Counted from the first letter of the stretch, positions 1-12,188 are shown. The stretch: 64,000 nucleotides of DNA from an uncultured Candidatus Rokubacteria bacterium (GCA_963789955.1 CAWBMV010000034.1:1152001-1216000); one strand, 5' to 3'. Numbers and translations are program-made. Notes: generated by a model from the sequence alone, not told the origin.

Positions 1-1369
1 AAGCCGACGCCGGGCCACTTCATGATGCGCATCCGGATGGCCAACGGCGGTCGTCACCACGGCGCAGGCGCGCCTGCTCGGCGAGATCACCAAGGCGACC
101 GGCCGCAACATCGCCGACGTGACGACGCGCGCAGCAGGTGCAGCTCCGCTGGGTGACCATCGAGGGCGTGCCCGGACGTCATCGCGGCGCCTCGAGGCGG
201 CCGGCCTCTCGAGCCTGCAGACCGGCATGGACAACATCCGCGGCATCGTCGGCTGTCCGGCGACGGGCCTCACGCCGCGCGAGCTCTTCGACACCGCGCC
301 GATCGCGGTCGGCTTCCAGCGGATCTTCCTCGGCAACAAGGAGTTCACGAACCTCCCGCGCAAGTTCAACGTCACGATCACCGGCTGCCTCGATCACTGC
401 ACCGGCGGCGAGACCCAGGACATCTCGATGACACCCGCGCTGGCGACGCGAGACGGCGCCGAGCTGGCCGGCCTCAACGTCGCCGTCGGCGGCAAGCAGG
501 GATCGGGCGGGCCGCGATTCGCGACCGCGCTCGACGCGTTCGTCACGCCCGACGAAGCGCCCGAGGTCTGCGCGGCGATCGCGCGCATCTTCCGCGATCA
601 CGGCCCGCGCGAAGCGCGGAGCCGAGCGCGTCTGGCCTTCCTCGTGGACGAGTGGGGAGGCCCCCGGTTTCGGAAGGAGCTCGAGGCCTATCTCGGCCGG
701 ACTTTGCCGCCCGCCGGACGCGACGCGCGGGGCCCCGCGGCCACCGATCACGTCGGCATCTTCCGCCAGCGGACATCCGGACTGAACTACGTCGGGCTCA
801 AGACCCCGGTCGGCCGCGTCACCGGCGATCAGCTCCTCGAGCTGGCCCGGCTCGCCGACGACTACGGTCGCGGCGAGCTGCGCTTCACGCCGTCGCAGAA
901 CGTCCTCATCCCGCACGTTCCCGACTCGCTCGTCGGCGAGCTCACCCGAGAGCCGTTGCTCCGCGAGCTCCCGTACAACCCCTCCGAGATCCAGCGCGGC
1001 CTGGTCTCGTGCACCGGGACGGATTTCTGCAACCTGGCGCTGATCGACACGAAGACGCAGGCGCTGGCGCTGGCGCGAGAGTTCGAGCGCCGGCTCGAGA
1101 AATCGCGCCCGCTGACCGTGCGCTGGTCGGGCTGCCCCGCGTCCTGCGGCAACCATCACACCGCGGACGTGGGCCTGCAGGGGTGCAAGGTGAAGGTCGA
1201 CGGCAAGATCGTCGACGGCGTCCACGTGTTCGTCGGCGGCCGCGGCGGCCGCGACCCCCGCGCCGGCGAGAAGATTCTCGAAGACGTGCCGTGCTCCGAG
1301 CTTCCGGTGGTACTGGATCGCCTGATCCGCTTCTTTCCGCGAGGTGAGCGCCGGAAGGAGGACGCATGA
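1..1369 (+). CDS. nirA: Ferredoxin-nitrite/sulfite reductase (siroheme, 4Fe-4S); 5'-truncated by the window edge, indels near the start
   Basis: KPTPGHFMMRIRMANG from base 1; NLPRKFNVTITG; Cys ligands CTGTDFC and GCPASCG; followed by siroheme genes and close to amtB. Confidence 0.88.
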
Positions 1370-2136
1370 GGCGCAGCATCGTGTCGTTCGTGGGCGCCGG
1401 ACCCGGCGATCCCGAGCTCATCACCCTCAAAGGGTTGCGCCGGCTGCGCGAGGCCGAGGTCGTGCTGCACGACCGGTTGATCCCGATGTCGCTCCTCGAC
1501 GAGGTCAGTCCGGGCGCGACGGTGATCGACGTCGGCAAGGCGCCGGGGCGTCCGTGCATGGGCCAGGGACAGATCAACTGGTTGCTGGTCGACTGGGCCC
1601 GACGACGCGAGCACGTCGTGCGGCTCAAGGGCGGGGATCCCGCGGTCTTCGGGCGCCTCAGCGAGGAGATCGAAGCGGTCCGATCGGCAGGGATCGCCTT
1701 CGAGGTCATCCCCGGCGTCACGGCGGCGACGGCGGCGGCGGCCCGGCTCGGGATCTCGCTCACCGAGCGCGGCAGCGCCTCGACGGTCGTCTTCGCGACC
1801 GGCACCGATCAGACCGGCCACCGCCCGTCCGCGCTCGACTGGGACGTGCTGGCGCGGGCCGAGGGCACGCTCGTCTTCTACATGTCGGTGGGCGCGCTCG
1901 ACTCGATCACCGCGTCGCTCACCTCGCTCGGCCGTGACCCGCGCGAGCCCGCGATCCTGGTCGAGCAGGCGGGGGTCGCCGGTGAGCGCGTCATCGCCGC
2001 TCGGCTCGGCGAGATCGCGGCGGAGGCACGCGCGGCCGACGTCAAGGCTCCGGCGGTGCTCATCACGGGACCCACGGTGTCGACCGCGTCGGTGCCGCTC
2101 ACCGTGCGACGGATATCGAGCCCCGTGTCGGTCTAG
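1366..2136 (+). CDS. cobA: Uroporphyrinogen-III C-methyltransferase
   Basis: VGAGPGDPELITLKG, VVRLKGGDP, VIPGVTAA motifs; ATGA overlap with nirA. Confidence 0.93.
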   Translation: MRRSIVSFVGAGPGDPELITLKGLRRLREAEVVLHDRLIPMSLLDEVSPGATVIDVGKAPGRPCMGQGQINWLLVDWARRREHVVRLKGGDPAVFGRLSEEIEAVRSAGIAFEVIPGVTAATAAAARLGISLTERGSASTVVFATGTDQTGHRPSALDWDVLARAEGTLVFYMSVGALDSITASLTSLGRDPREPAILVEQAGVAGERVIAARLGEIAAEARAADVKAPAVLITGPTVSTASVPLTVRRISSPVSV

Positions 2137-2138
2137 CC

Positions 2139-2714
2139 GTGCCCGACTATTTCCCGGCTTTCCTCGATCTCCGCGGCCGTCGCTGCCTCGTGGTCGGCGG
2201 TGGAGAAATCGGGGAGCGCAAGGCTCGGGCGCTGCTCGACTGCGGCGCTCGTGTGACCGTGGTGAGCCTGTCGTTCACGCCGCAACTGGCCGCTCTCGCC
2301 GAGAGCGGGCAAGTTGAATGTCGAGCGCGCACGCTCCGTCGGTCGGACCTGAGGGCGTGCGTCCTGGTGGTCGCCGCAACGGGACACCCTCGCGTCGATG
2401 AGGCGACGGCGGTGCTGGCGCGTCGCTACCGCGTCCTGGTGAACGTCGTCGACCGACGCGACCACTGCGACTTCATCATGCCCTCGGTGCTACGCCGCGG
2501 GGAGCTCCAGATCGCCGTCTCCACCGGCGGCCGCAGTCCGGCCCTGGCGCGCGAGATTCGCCTGCGGCTCGAAGACCTGTTCGGCCCCGACTACGCGGCG
2601 CTGATCGAGCGCGCGGGAGCAGACCGTCGTCGCGCTCGCGCAATCGCCGTGACCGCCGCCGATCGCCTCGCCGCGGGCGAGCGCACCGCGAGGCTGGCGC
2701 TCGCCGAACGATAG
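2139..2714 (+). CDS. Precorrin-2 dehydrogenase/sirohydrochlorin ferrochelatase (SirC / CysG N-terminal type)
   Basis: YFPAFLDLRGRRCLVVGGG, VNVVD..CDF..P, IAVSTGGRSPALA. Confidence 0.9.
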   Translation: MPDYFPAFLDLRGRRCLVVGGGEIGERKARALLDCGARVTVVSLSFTPQLAALAESGQVECRARTLRRSDLRACVLVVAATGHPRVDEATAVLARRYRVLVNVVDRRDHCDFIMPSVLRRGELQIAVSTGGRSPALAREIRLRLEDLFGPDYAALIERAGADRRRARAIAVTAADRLAAGERTARLALAER

Positions 2715-2806
2715 CGTGACGGCCGGCGGCGTGGAGTACGGGCGCGACGGCGTGCCGAAGAACGGCAGACGCACGCGCCGCCCGTCGTACAATCTCCTGG
2801 CCGGTC

Positions 2807-3271
2807 ATGCACGCCTCCGACCTCCGAAAGGTCATGAATTCCCTGCTGCGCGGGCTCACTCCGCAGCAAGTGGAGCAGCTCGCTCAGGCATCGGTCGGCC
2901 AGAAGGTGGCTACCGGACACGCGCTCATGAACGAGGGCGATCGACCGAGCGGGCTGGTGTTCCTGCTGCAGGGCGGGGTCGAGGTCTTCAAGCACGGCCC
3001 GGACGGGCAGCGTCAATCGCTCGCGAAAATAGACGCGCCGACGCTCCTGGGCGAGATGAGCCTCATCACCGATCGCCCGAGCTCGGCCACCGTCATGGCA
3101 CTCAGCGAGTGCGAGCTGCAGCTCCTCACGAAGGCACAGTTTCAGCGGTTGATCGCGAGCGACAGCATCGCCGCCTACAAGCTCGTGGTGATCGTCGCCG
3201 GCGTGCTCGCCGAGCGGCTCGCGAAGCTCGACCGGAAGATCCTCGAGCTGACCGGACACTGGAATCTCTAG
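2807..3271 (+). CDS. Stand-alone cyclic nucleotide-binding domain protein
   Basis: LMNEGD, LGEMSLITDRPSSATV cNMP-fold signature; no HTH; TACAAT -10-like hexamer just upstream. Confidence 0.8.
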   Translation: MHASDLRKVMNSLLRGLTPQQVEQLAQASVGQKVATGHALMNEGDRPSGLVFLLQGGVEVFKHGPDGQRQSLAKIDAPTLLGEMSLITDRPSSATVMALSECELQLLTKAQFQRLIASDSIAAYKLVVIVAGVLAERLAKLDRKILELTGHWNL

Positions 3272-3663
3272 GCGCGCGCTGACGCGCCCCGCGCCGCGAC
3301 GTACGCTCGCCAGCCGCCGTACTCCGTGATCTCGCGCTGACCCTCGCAGAGGATCGGCTCGCCGAGCACGCCGAGGGTCTCCTCGCCGTCGGCGAGACGG
3401 ACCTTGCCCACGCAGAGGCCCGCCGGCTCGCCTAGGAGAATCGCCGCGAGCCCCGCGGCGGGAACCTCCCAGACTTCGACCGCGATCGCCGCGCCGCCGC
3501 TCGCCACGCGCACCATCGCCGGATGACGGTCGCCGATCGACCACAGTCGATAGCTCGGGGCCGTCGTCGCTTCGCGCACGAACGTCGCGCCCGCCGCGAG
3601 CAAGTTGCTGTTGAGCGCGAGGCCGCGCATCAACGTCCCGTTGACGGCCAATCGGACATTCAA
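3268..3663 (-). CDS. Gamma-glutamylcyclotransferase-fold protein resembling the allophanate hydrolase C-terminal domain
   Basis: LAVNGTLMRGLALN, TAPSYRLW, EVWEVP, EITEYGGWRAY; probable TTG start at 3663 after GGGAGGGAG. Confidence 0.75.
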   Translation of the reverse strand: MNVRLAVNGTLMRGLALNSNLLAAGATFVREATTAPSYRLWSIGDRHPAMVRVASGGAAIAVEVWEVPAAGLAAILLGEPAGLCVGKVRLADGEETLGVLGEPILCEGQREITEYGGWRAYVAARGASARA

Positions 3664-3764
3664 GGCGCTCTCCCTCCCATCGGTGAACCGCCTCGTGCCG
3701 GCTCGCGCCGACCGTAGCACATCGCCGAGAAGTTTCTACACTGCCGCGCTCTCAGCTCGAGTGC

Positions 3765-3810
3765 TGCCCGGCGCATGTGCAACGAGCACGTCGTGCTTAT
3801 TCGCTGAGCA
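3765..3810. promoter_or_regulatory. Two tandem NtrC-type enhancer boxes (TGC-N11-GCA)
   Basis: TGCCCGGCGCATGTGCA (3765-3781) and TGCTTATTCGCTGAGCA (3794-3810), upstream of a sigma-54 promoter. Confidence 0.55.
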
Positions 3811-3863
3811 CCGCTTGTCGAAGCTTCGACGCTAAATGTGCGTCGATGTTGATGAGCGATTTG

Positions 3864-3879
3864 CGGCATGGGCCTTGCT
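3864..3879 (+). promoter_or_regulatory. Sigma-54 (-24/-12) promoter of the amtB operon
   Basis: CGGCATGGGCCTTGCT with GG(3865-66)-N10-GC(3877-78) and TTGC at -12. Confidence 0.75.
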
Positions 3880-3893
3880 CTCTGACCGCGCGC

Positions 3894-3928
3894 GCGACAA
3901 GGAAGTCGCTAGCGGGTAATGGCGCCCG
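3894..3928 (+). promoter_or_regulatory. ANTAR-type tandem hairpin RNA motif in the amtB leader
   Basis: P1 GCGAC-AAGGAA-GTCGC; P2 CGGGT-AATGGC-GCCCG; both 6-nt loops have A1 and G4; P2 overlaps the terminator 5' arm. Confidence 0.72.
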
Positions 3929-3950
3929 GAGACGGGCGCCATTTCTTTTT
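3918..3950 (+). terminator. Intrinsic terminator/attenuator in the amtB 5' leader
   Basis: Perfect 11-bp stem AATGGCGCCCG-GAGA-CGGGCGCCATT followed by TCTTTTT. Confidence 0.85.
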
Positions 3951-3985
3951 CTGGGCGACGCGAGAGCGCGGCCCTCAAGGAGGGC

Positions 3986-6028
<2,043 letters not shown>

Positions 6029-6060
6029 CAGCGCACGTCTTGAGATCCCAGGAGGATCGG

Positions 6061-7350
6061 ATGACGCGACGGCTCGGAGTGCTATTCATCGGGGCGCTGT
6101 TCACGGCGGCCGTGGTCTTGGCCGCCGGCGCGCCCGCGTATGGCCAGATGCCCACAATCGCACAAACGGAGACAAAGCCGGCGGAGACGAAGCCGGCCGA
6201 CGAGGCCAAGCCCGAGGAGAAGAAGGAGGAGGAAAAGCCGAAGACGTTCTGGGACGAGAACACGCTGTTCGGCTACATCGAGAACAGCTTGGTGTGGAAC
6301 ACCGGCCGGGCGAGCCGCGGGAACCACAACGAGCTGCGGTTCTACGACTTCCAGGGTAGCTACACGTTCAACGTGGGCGAGTTCAGCATCAAGAAGGACC
6401 CGTCGGAGCGCTATCCGTTCGGGTACGGCCTGGTGCTCACGGCGGGTATTCCCGGGCACGTCGAACGACTCGCAGAAGAACCACGCGCTCGGCATCTTCC
6501 GGGGCGACGGACGATCAGTTCGCGTTCCGGAACACGCCGAACTTCGACCTGCAGGAGGCGTACGCGTCGTACCAGATTCCGATCGGGAACGGCCTGACCC
6601 TCAAGGCCGGGAAGTGCGTGACCTTGCTCGGCTACGAGGTCATCGAGGCGCCGAACGACCTGAACTTCTCGCGCTCGTTCCTGTTCACGTTCTCGGCGCC
6701 CCTGACCCACGTCGGCGCCCTGCTGACCTACCGGCCGCGCCGTGGTTCTCGATCACCGCCGGCACCGTGGTCGGCTGGGACGTCGCCGAAGGACAACAAC
6801 AGCACGATGTCGTACACGGGGCAGTTCGCCTTCACGCCGATCAAGGACCTCACGGCGAACTTCAACTGGATCACCGGCCCCGAGCAGACGCACATCAACG
6901 CAATCCGCGGACGGTGCTCGACTTGTCGTTCACCTACACGGGCATCAAGAAGCTCACGCTCGGGCTGAACGTGGACTACGGCTGGGAGTACGGACGAAGC
7001 GTATCTGCAAGGCATCGGGCACGCGGCGGGACAACAACGCCTCCTGGTGGGGGTGGGCCGCCTACGTCGCGTACGACTGGACGGAGAAGTTTCGGACCGC
7101 GCTGCGGCTGGAGTACATGAAGGACGCCGAGGGCGTGCGCACGCAGCTGAGTCCGCCGGGCAACAAGCTGGATCTGTGGGAAGTGACGATGACCGCGCAG
7201 TACAAGGTCTGGAAGGGCCTGGTCGCGCGCGTCGAGTACCGGCACGACAGCGCGAACCAGAAGACCTTCTCGATCCGCGCGCCGGGCTACGTCCCGACCG
7301 GGAAGACCCAGGACACGATCTCCTTCGACCTCTACTACCTGTTCTTTTGA
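6061..7350 (+). CDS. Outer-membrane beta-barrel porin (BBP2/OmpL-like), multiple indels
   Basis: Signal peptide; FDLQEAY, LKAGK..TLLGYEVIE...NFSRSFLF, RVEYRHD; C-terminal YYLF. Confidence 0.78.
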
Positions 7351-7369
7351 TGATTGTGAGTTGCTGAAT

Positions 7370-7693
7370 ATGGCTGACGCAGTGGACGGACGCGACAACG
7401 GAACCGCCGAGCTTCAAACGGTCGCGCGCGCGCTCGCCGACACGGTGCCGCAGCTGGTGGAGCGGCTGTCGCGAGCGCGCCCCGGACTGATCTACCGCCA
7501 GGCGCTCGAGCTCCTGGAGCGGCCGCTCCTGGGGCACGTGCTCGCCATGACCGGAGGCAACCAGCTGCGCGCGGCGCGCTTGCTCGGACTCAACCGCAAC
7601 ACGCTGCGCAAGCGGTGCCGCGAGCTGCGGCTGGCGCTGCCTCGGGAGCCGCGGCGGGCGCCGGAGGGACGCGCCGCCGCTCCGCTCGCCTAG
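7370..7693 (+). CDS. Small Fis/NtrC-type helix-turn-helix protein
   Basis: LERPLLGHVLAMTGGNQLRAARLLGLNRNTLRKR (HTH_8 pattern); no AAA+ or receiver domain. Confidence 0.82.
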   Translation: MADAVDGRDNGTAELQTVARALADTVPQLVERLSRARPGLIYRQALELLERPLLGHVLAMTGGNQLRAARLLGLNRNTLRKRCRELRLALPREPRRAPEGRAAAPLA

Positions 7694-7863
7694 CGGCGCG
7701 CACGGAAAGGCGGCGTAGCGCCGGGATCGTGTCGCGGTCTTGAAGTGCTGCCCGGTGTGCGGCCGGTGCCGTAATATGGGCACCAGAGCATGTCGCACGA
7801 GCGAGCCCGCCTCCTGCCACAGACGCGCGCCCTGAGCGGGCGCGGGACGACAGCTCCGTCGCG

Positions 7864-8862
7864 ATGAGCGCGGACGTCGAGACTCTGGCGAGCCAGATCG
7901 CGGAGGGCTCGACGCGCGCGCTCGCGCGCGGGCTCACGTGGGTCGAGTCCGGCGGAGCCCGCGCCGAAGCGCTGTGCGCTCGCCTCTATCCGAGTACCGG
8001 GCGTGCCCAGATCGTCGGCGTCACCGGTGCCCCCGGCAGCGGCAAGAGCACCCTCGCGCGGGCGCTCGCGCTGGTCGCGCGGGCGCGCGGCCGTACCGTC
8101 GGAATCCTCGCCGTCGATCCGACCTCTCCGTTCTCCGGCGGCGCGATCCTCGGCGATCGCATCCGCATGAGCGACCTGGCGCTCGACCCCGGCGTCTTCA
8201 TCCGCTCGATGGCCACACGTGGTGCCCTGGGCGGTCTGTCGCGCGCGGCCGCCGACGCGGTCGACCTGATGGACGCGGCGGGCCTCGGGCTCGTGCTCGT
8301 CGAGACCGTCGGCGTCGGCCAGGACGAGGTCGACGTGATGCGTCTCGCGCAGACGGTCATCGTCGTCTCGGTCCCGGGTCTCGGCGACGACGTTCAGGCG
8401 CTCAAGGCCGGCGTCCTGGAGATCGCGGACGTGCACGTCGTCAACAAGGCCGATCGCGAGGGCGCCGACCGGACGGTCTCGGAGCTGCGGGCGATGCTCA
8501 CCCTGCTGCCGTCCGCGGAAGGCGCCTGGGTCCCGCCCGTGCTGCCGGCCTCTGCGGCGCGCGACGAAGGGATCGAGACGATCGCCGACGCGATCGACAG
8601 CCACATGGCGTATCAGAAGACGAGCGGTGAGCTCGAGCGCCGGCGACAGAAGATCGTCACCGCGCGTGTGCTCCGGATCGCGCAGGATCTGGTGGCCGAG
8701 ACGGTGCTCGCCGGCGCGCTGGGCCCCGAGGGTGCGGCGCGCGCCAGCATGCTCGAGCGCGTGGCGCGGCGCGAGCTGGCGCCGCACGCCTGCGCGCGGG
8801 CGCTCCTGGCCGAGGCGGCCAGTCGGACGTCGACGACGCGGGAAGGCGACGACGTCGCGTGA
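7864..8862 (+). CDS. meaB: MeaB/ArgK-family G-protein chaperone
   Basis: GAPGSGKST, LAVDPTSPFSGGAILGDRIRM, ETVGVGQDE, VVNKAD. Confidence 0.92.
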   Translation: MSADVETLASQIAEGSTRALARGLTWVESGGARAEALCARLYPSTGRAQIVGVTGAPGSGKSTLARALALVARARGRTVGILAVDPTSPFSGGAILGDRIRMSDLALDPGVFIRSMATRGALGGLSRAAADAVDLMDAAGLGLVLVETVGVGQDEVDVMRLAQTVIVVSVPGLGDDVQALKAGVLEIADVHVVNKADREGADRTVSELRAMLTLLPSAEGAWVPPVLPASAARDEGIETIADAIDSHMAYQKTSGELERRRQKIVTARVLRIAQDLVAETVLAGALGPEGAARASMLERVARRELAPHACARALLAEAASRTSTTREGDDVA

Positions 8863-8906
8863 TGGGCGTTACTATGGCGGAAGCCTGATCGGGAAGGAGA
8901 TGGCAC

Positions 8907-9350
8907 ATGAACATCGCGAACATCCTCGCGCGTAAGGGCTCGATGGCCGTGACGGTGCGTCCCGAGCAATCGATCCGGGAAGCACTCGCGCTGCTGGATC
9001 GCCACAACATCGGCGCGCTGATCGCCGTCGAGGGCGACCGACCGGTCGGCATCCTGTCGGAGCGCGACATCGTCCGCGAGGCGGCGCACAACGAGAAGTT
9101 CTTCATGCGCATGGTCGCCGACCTCATGACGCGCGACGTGATCACCGGCCAGCCCCACGACGACCTTCCTTCGGTGGCCCACACGATGACCGAGCGGCGG
9201 ATCCGCCATCTGCCGGTGGTCGACAAGGGGCGGCTGATCGGGATGGTCTCGATCGGTGACGTCGTGAAGGCGCAGCGCGATCACTATCAAGGCGAGGTCG
9301 ACACCTTGCAGACGCAGCTCCTCGCCGACGAGCGCGGGCGCGCGATTTGA
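8907..9350 (+). CDS. CBS-domain protein
   Basis: [10 protein letters not shown] and [18 protein letters not shown] tandem CBS motifs. Confidence 0.9.
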   Translation: MNIANILARKGSMAVTVRPEQSIREALALLDRHNIGALIAVEGDRPVGILSERDIVREAAHNEKFFMRMVADLMTRDVITGQPHDDLPSVAHTMTERRIRHLPVVDKGRLIGMVSIGDVVKAQRDHYQGEVDTLQTQLLADERGRAI

Positions 9351-10749
9351 CGCCGATTCCGGGGACGCCGGAACGGCCGCTACGCGTCGCGATCATCGGC
9401 GCCGGCCCGACCGGCTTCTACACCGCCGATCATCTGCTGCGGAACGCGAAGGTTGTCGAGGTCGATCTGTACGATCGGCTGCCGACTCCGTACGGACTGG
9501 TGCGCCTGGGCGTCGCGCCGGACCATCAGAAGATCAAGTTCGTCACGAACGTCTTCGACAAGGTGGCGGCGAATCCGCGCTTCCGTTTCTTCGGCGGCGT
9601 CGAATTCGGCAAGGACGTGACGCTCGCCGACCTCAAGGCCTACTATCACCAGATCGTCTACTGCACCGGGGCCCAGACCGACCGGCGCATGGGGATTCCC
9701 GGCGAGGACCTGAGCGGGAGCCATCCCGCGACCGAGTTCGTCGCCTGGTACAACGGCCATCCCGACTATCGGGACTGCACGTTCGATCTGACGCAGGAGC
9801 GGGTGGCGGTCGTCGGCGTCGGCAACGTCGCGGTCGACGTCGTCCGGATCCTGTGCCGAACGCCCGAAGAGCTGGCCACCACCGACATCGCCGACTACGC
9901 GCTCGAGGCGCTGCGCCGAGAGCCGCGTGAAGGAAGTCTATCTGCTCGGCCGGCGCGGGCCCGCGCAGGCCGCGTTCACGAACCCCGAAGTGAGGGAGCT
10001 CGGCGAGCTGGCCGACGCCGACGTGACCGCGCGTCCGGACGAGGTCGAGCTCGACCCGCTGAGCCGCGCGGCGGTCGAGCGCAGCCAGGATCGGGCCACG
10101 CAGAAGAAGGTCGAGATCCTCAAGGAGTATGCGCGGCGGCCGTCCGACGGGCAAGTCGCGCCGGCTCACCTTGCGATTCATGGTCTCGCCGGTCGAGCTG
10201 ATCGGCGACGCCGCCGGCAGCGTGACGGCGCTCAAGCTCGTGCGCAACGAGCTCTACGCGACGTCGACGGGCGCGCTCCAGCCGCGCGCCACGGACCACT
10301 TCGAGAATCTGCCGGTCGGTCTCGTCTTCCGCTCGGTCGGCTACCGCGGTGTCCCGCTGCCGGGCGTGCCCTTCAACGAGAGCTGGGGCGTGATTCTGAA
10401 CGACAAGGGACGCGTGCTCGATTCCGACACGAAGCAGCCGATCGTGGGCGAGTACGCGGCGGGCTGGATCAAGCGCGGCCCCACCGGCGTGATCGGGACG
10501 AACAAGCCCGATGCCGCGGAGACCGTGGAGTGCATGTTCGAGGATCTCGCCGCCGGCTCCGTGCTCGAGCCCGCCCATCCGGAAGCCGCGGCCGCCGAAG
10601 CGCTGGTGCGCCAGCGCCAGCCGAGCTACTTCTCCTACGCCGACTGGCAAAAGCTCGACGCGATCGAAGTCGAGCGCGGCCGCGCCCAGGGCCGCCCACG
10701 CGTCAAGTTCACCCGCATCGAAGAAATGCTCTCCGCCCTCAACCGCTGA
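9347..10749 (+). CDS. NADPH:ferredoxin reductase (FprA/adrenodoxin reductase type), two indels
   Basis: [56 protein letters not shown]. Confidence 0.9.
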
Positions 10750-10832
10750 CCCTCCAAGCCCACCACTGTGCGGCGGCAGCGCTGACGACAGAGCGACTGG
10801 TGGCTTGTCCGCGGCCATTCGACGAGTGAAAA

Positions 10833-10987
10833 CGGCCGGGTGGGCGGGCGGTGAGCCGGGGTTCCTCCCGGGATCCGTGTAGGCAGCGTCGCTAGCGCGC
10901 CAAGCGCGAGACCGGTCGCACACCAATTTCAGCAGTCGGATCCCGGGAGGGACCCCGGCTCACCGCCCGCTCACCCGGCCGCCTCCA
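10833..10987 (+). repeat. Palindromic intergenic element, copy 1 (45-bp inverted arms)
   Basis: Arms 10833-10877 and 10937-10981 complementary at 43/45 positions; homologous to 18226-18379 in reverse orientation. Confidence 0.85.
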
Positions 10988-11006
10988 AGCGCCGAGTACC
11001 AAGAAG

Positions 11007-12188
11007 CTAGCGAGAGATCGTCAGGCCCTGACCGCCGTAGTGGTCGGCGTCATGCCAAGGCAACCCCTCGGCGAAGCGCGTCGAGCGAAACGGCGTGAGA
11101 TCGACGGTGCGCGGCTTCCCGTCCACGATCCATTCCGCGAGACACTTGCCGATGGCTGGTGACGTCTTGAAGGAAGTCCCGGAGTCGCCGAGCATGCAGT
11201 AGAGGCCCGCGATCGAGGGGATCTGATCGATGATGGGCCGGCCGTCGGCGCTCATCATGATCATGCCGGCCCAGCCGCCGCGCATCGTCGCCTCGGCCAT
11301 GGCCGGGATTCGTCCCGCCAGCGCCCTGCGACAGGTGTCCACGAAGTCCGGATCGACGCCTTCGTCGAACGAGTTGGGATCCGCGTGACCGGCACCGAGC
11401 TCGACGCCGATCAAGGTCGTGTTCGTGCCTTCCGGACGGAGCCACGACTGGTGGATCGCGTCGATGACCACGCAGTGCCGACTCGTGAACCCTGCCGGCC
11501 ACCGGAAGATCGTGATCTGGATCCGATGCGGGACGAGCCCGAAATCGAGCCCGAGCGGACTCAGAAGCGGAGCCGCCCATGCGCCGGGCACGAGCACGAC
11601 CACGGGCGCGTCCACACGCCCCCTGGCGGTCTCGACCCCGACGACCCGCCCGCGCTCCGTCAGGATCTTTGTCACCGCGCAGCCGGTCTCGATGGTCGCG
11701 CCCAGACGGCGGGCGGCCTCGGCGAAGGCGAATGTCGTCGCGTTGGGATCGGCGAACCCCGAATCGGGCTCCCACGCGGCAGCCCCGACGTCATCGATCC
11801 GGCACCCCGGCAGCAGCTCGGCGAGTCGGCCCGGGCTCACCACCTCGGTCTTGATGCCGAGACCCTGCTGGCGGGCGACGTTTCGGCCGAGCTCGGCCTC
11901 GAAGCCCTTCGGGACGATCTGGAGGAAGCCGATCGGCTCGAAGCCGCAATCGCCGCCCACGACGTTCCGGAAATCACGAAAAATCTTGAGGCTCTCGAAC
12001 GCCAGCTTCGATTCCGGCTCGTTGGTGTAGTGCATCCGCACCAGGGAGCCGGATTTGCCCGTGGCGCCCGCGCCGAGGTGGTGGCGCTCGAGCAGGAGGA
12101 CATTCTTAACTCCGCGGGATGCAAGGTGAAAAGCGGTACTGGCCCCATTCACCCCACCGCCGACGACGATCACGTCTGCCCGCGTCAT
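11007..12188 (-). CDS. FAD-dependent oxidoreductase (DAO/sarcosine oxidase beta family)
   Basis: VIVVGGGVNG, GATGKSGS, SADGRPII, GTSFKTSPAIG. Confidence 0.88.
   Translation of the reverse strand: MTRADVIVVGGGVNGASTAFHLASRGVKNVLLLERHHLGAGATGKSGSLVRMHYTNEPESKLAFESLKIFRDFRNVVGGDCGFEPIGFLQIVPKGFEAELGRNVARQQGLGIKTEVVSPGRLAELLPGCRIDDVGAAAWEPDSGFADPNATTFAFAEAARRLGATIETGCAVTKILTERGRVVGVETARGRVDAPVVVLVPGAWAAPLLSPLGLDFGLVPHRIQITIFRWPAGFTSRHCVVIDAIHQSWLRPEGTNTTLIGVELGAGHADPNSFDEGVDPDFVDTCRRALAGRIPAMAEATMRGGWAGMIMMSADGRPIIDQIPSIAGLYCMLGDSGTSFKTSPAIGKCLAEWIVDGKPRTVDLTPFRSTRFAEGLPWHDADHYGGQGLTISR

Noticed and set aside
10782..10832. Hammerhead-like CTGACGA...GAAA
   Set aside because: No stem II closes between the two motifs and no stem I/III is evident, so this is likely chance.
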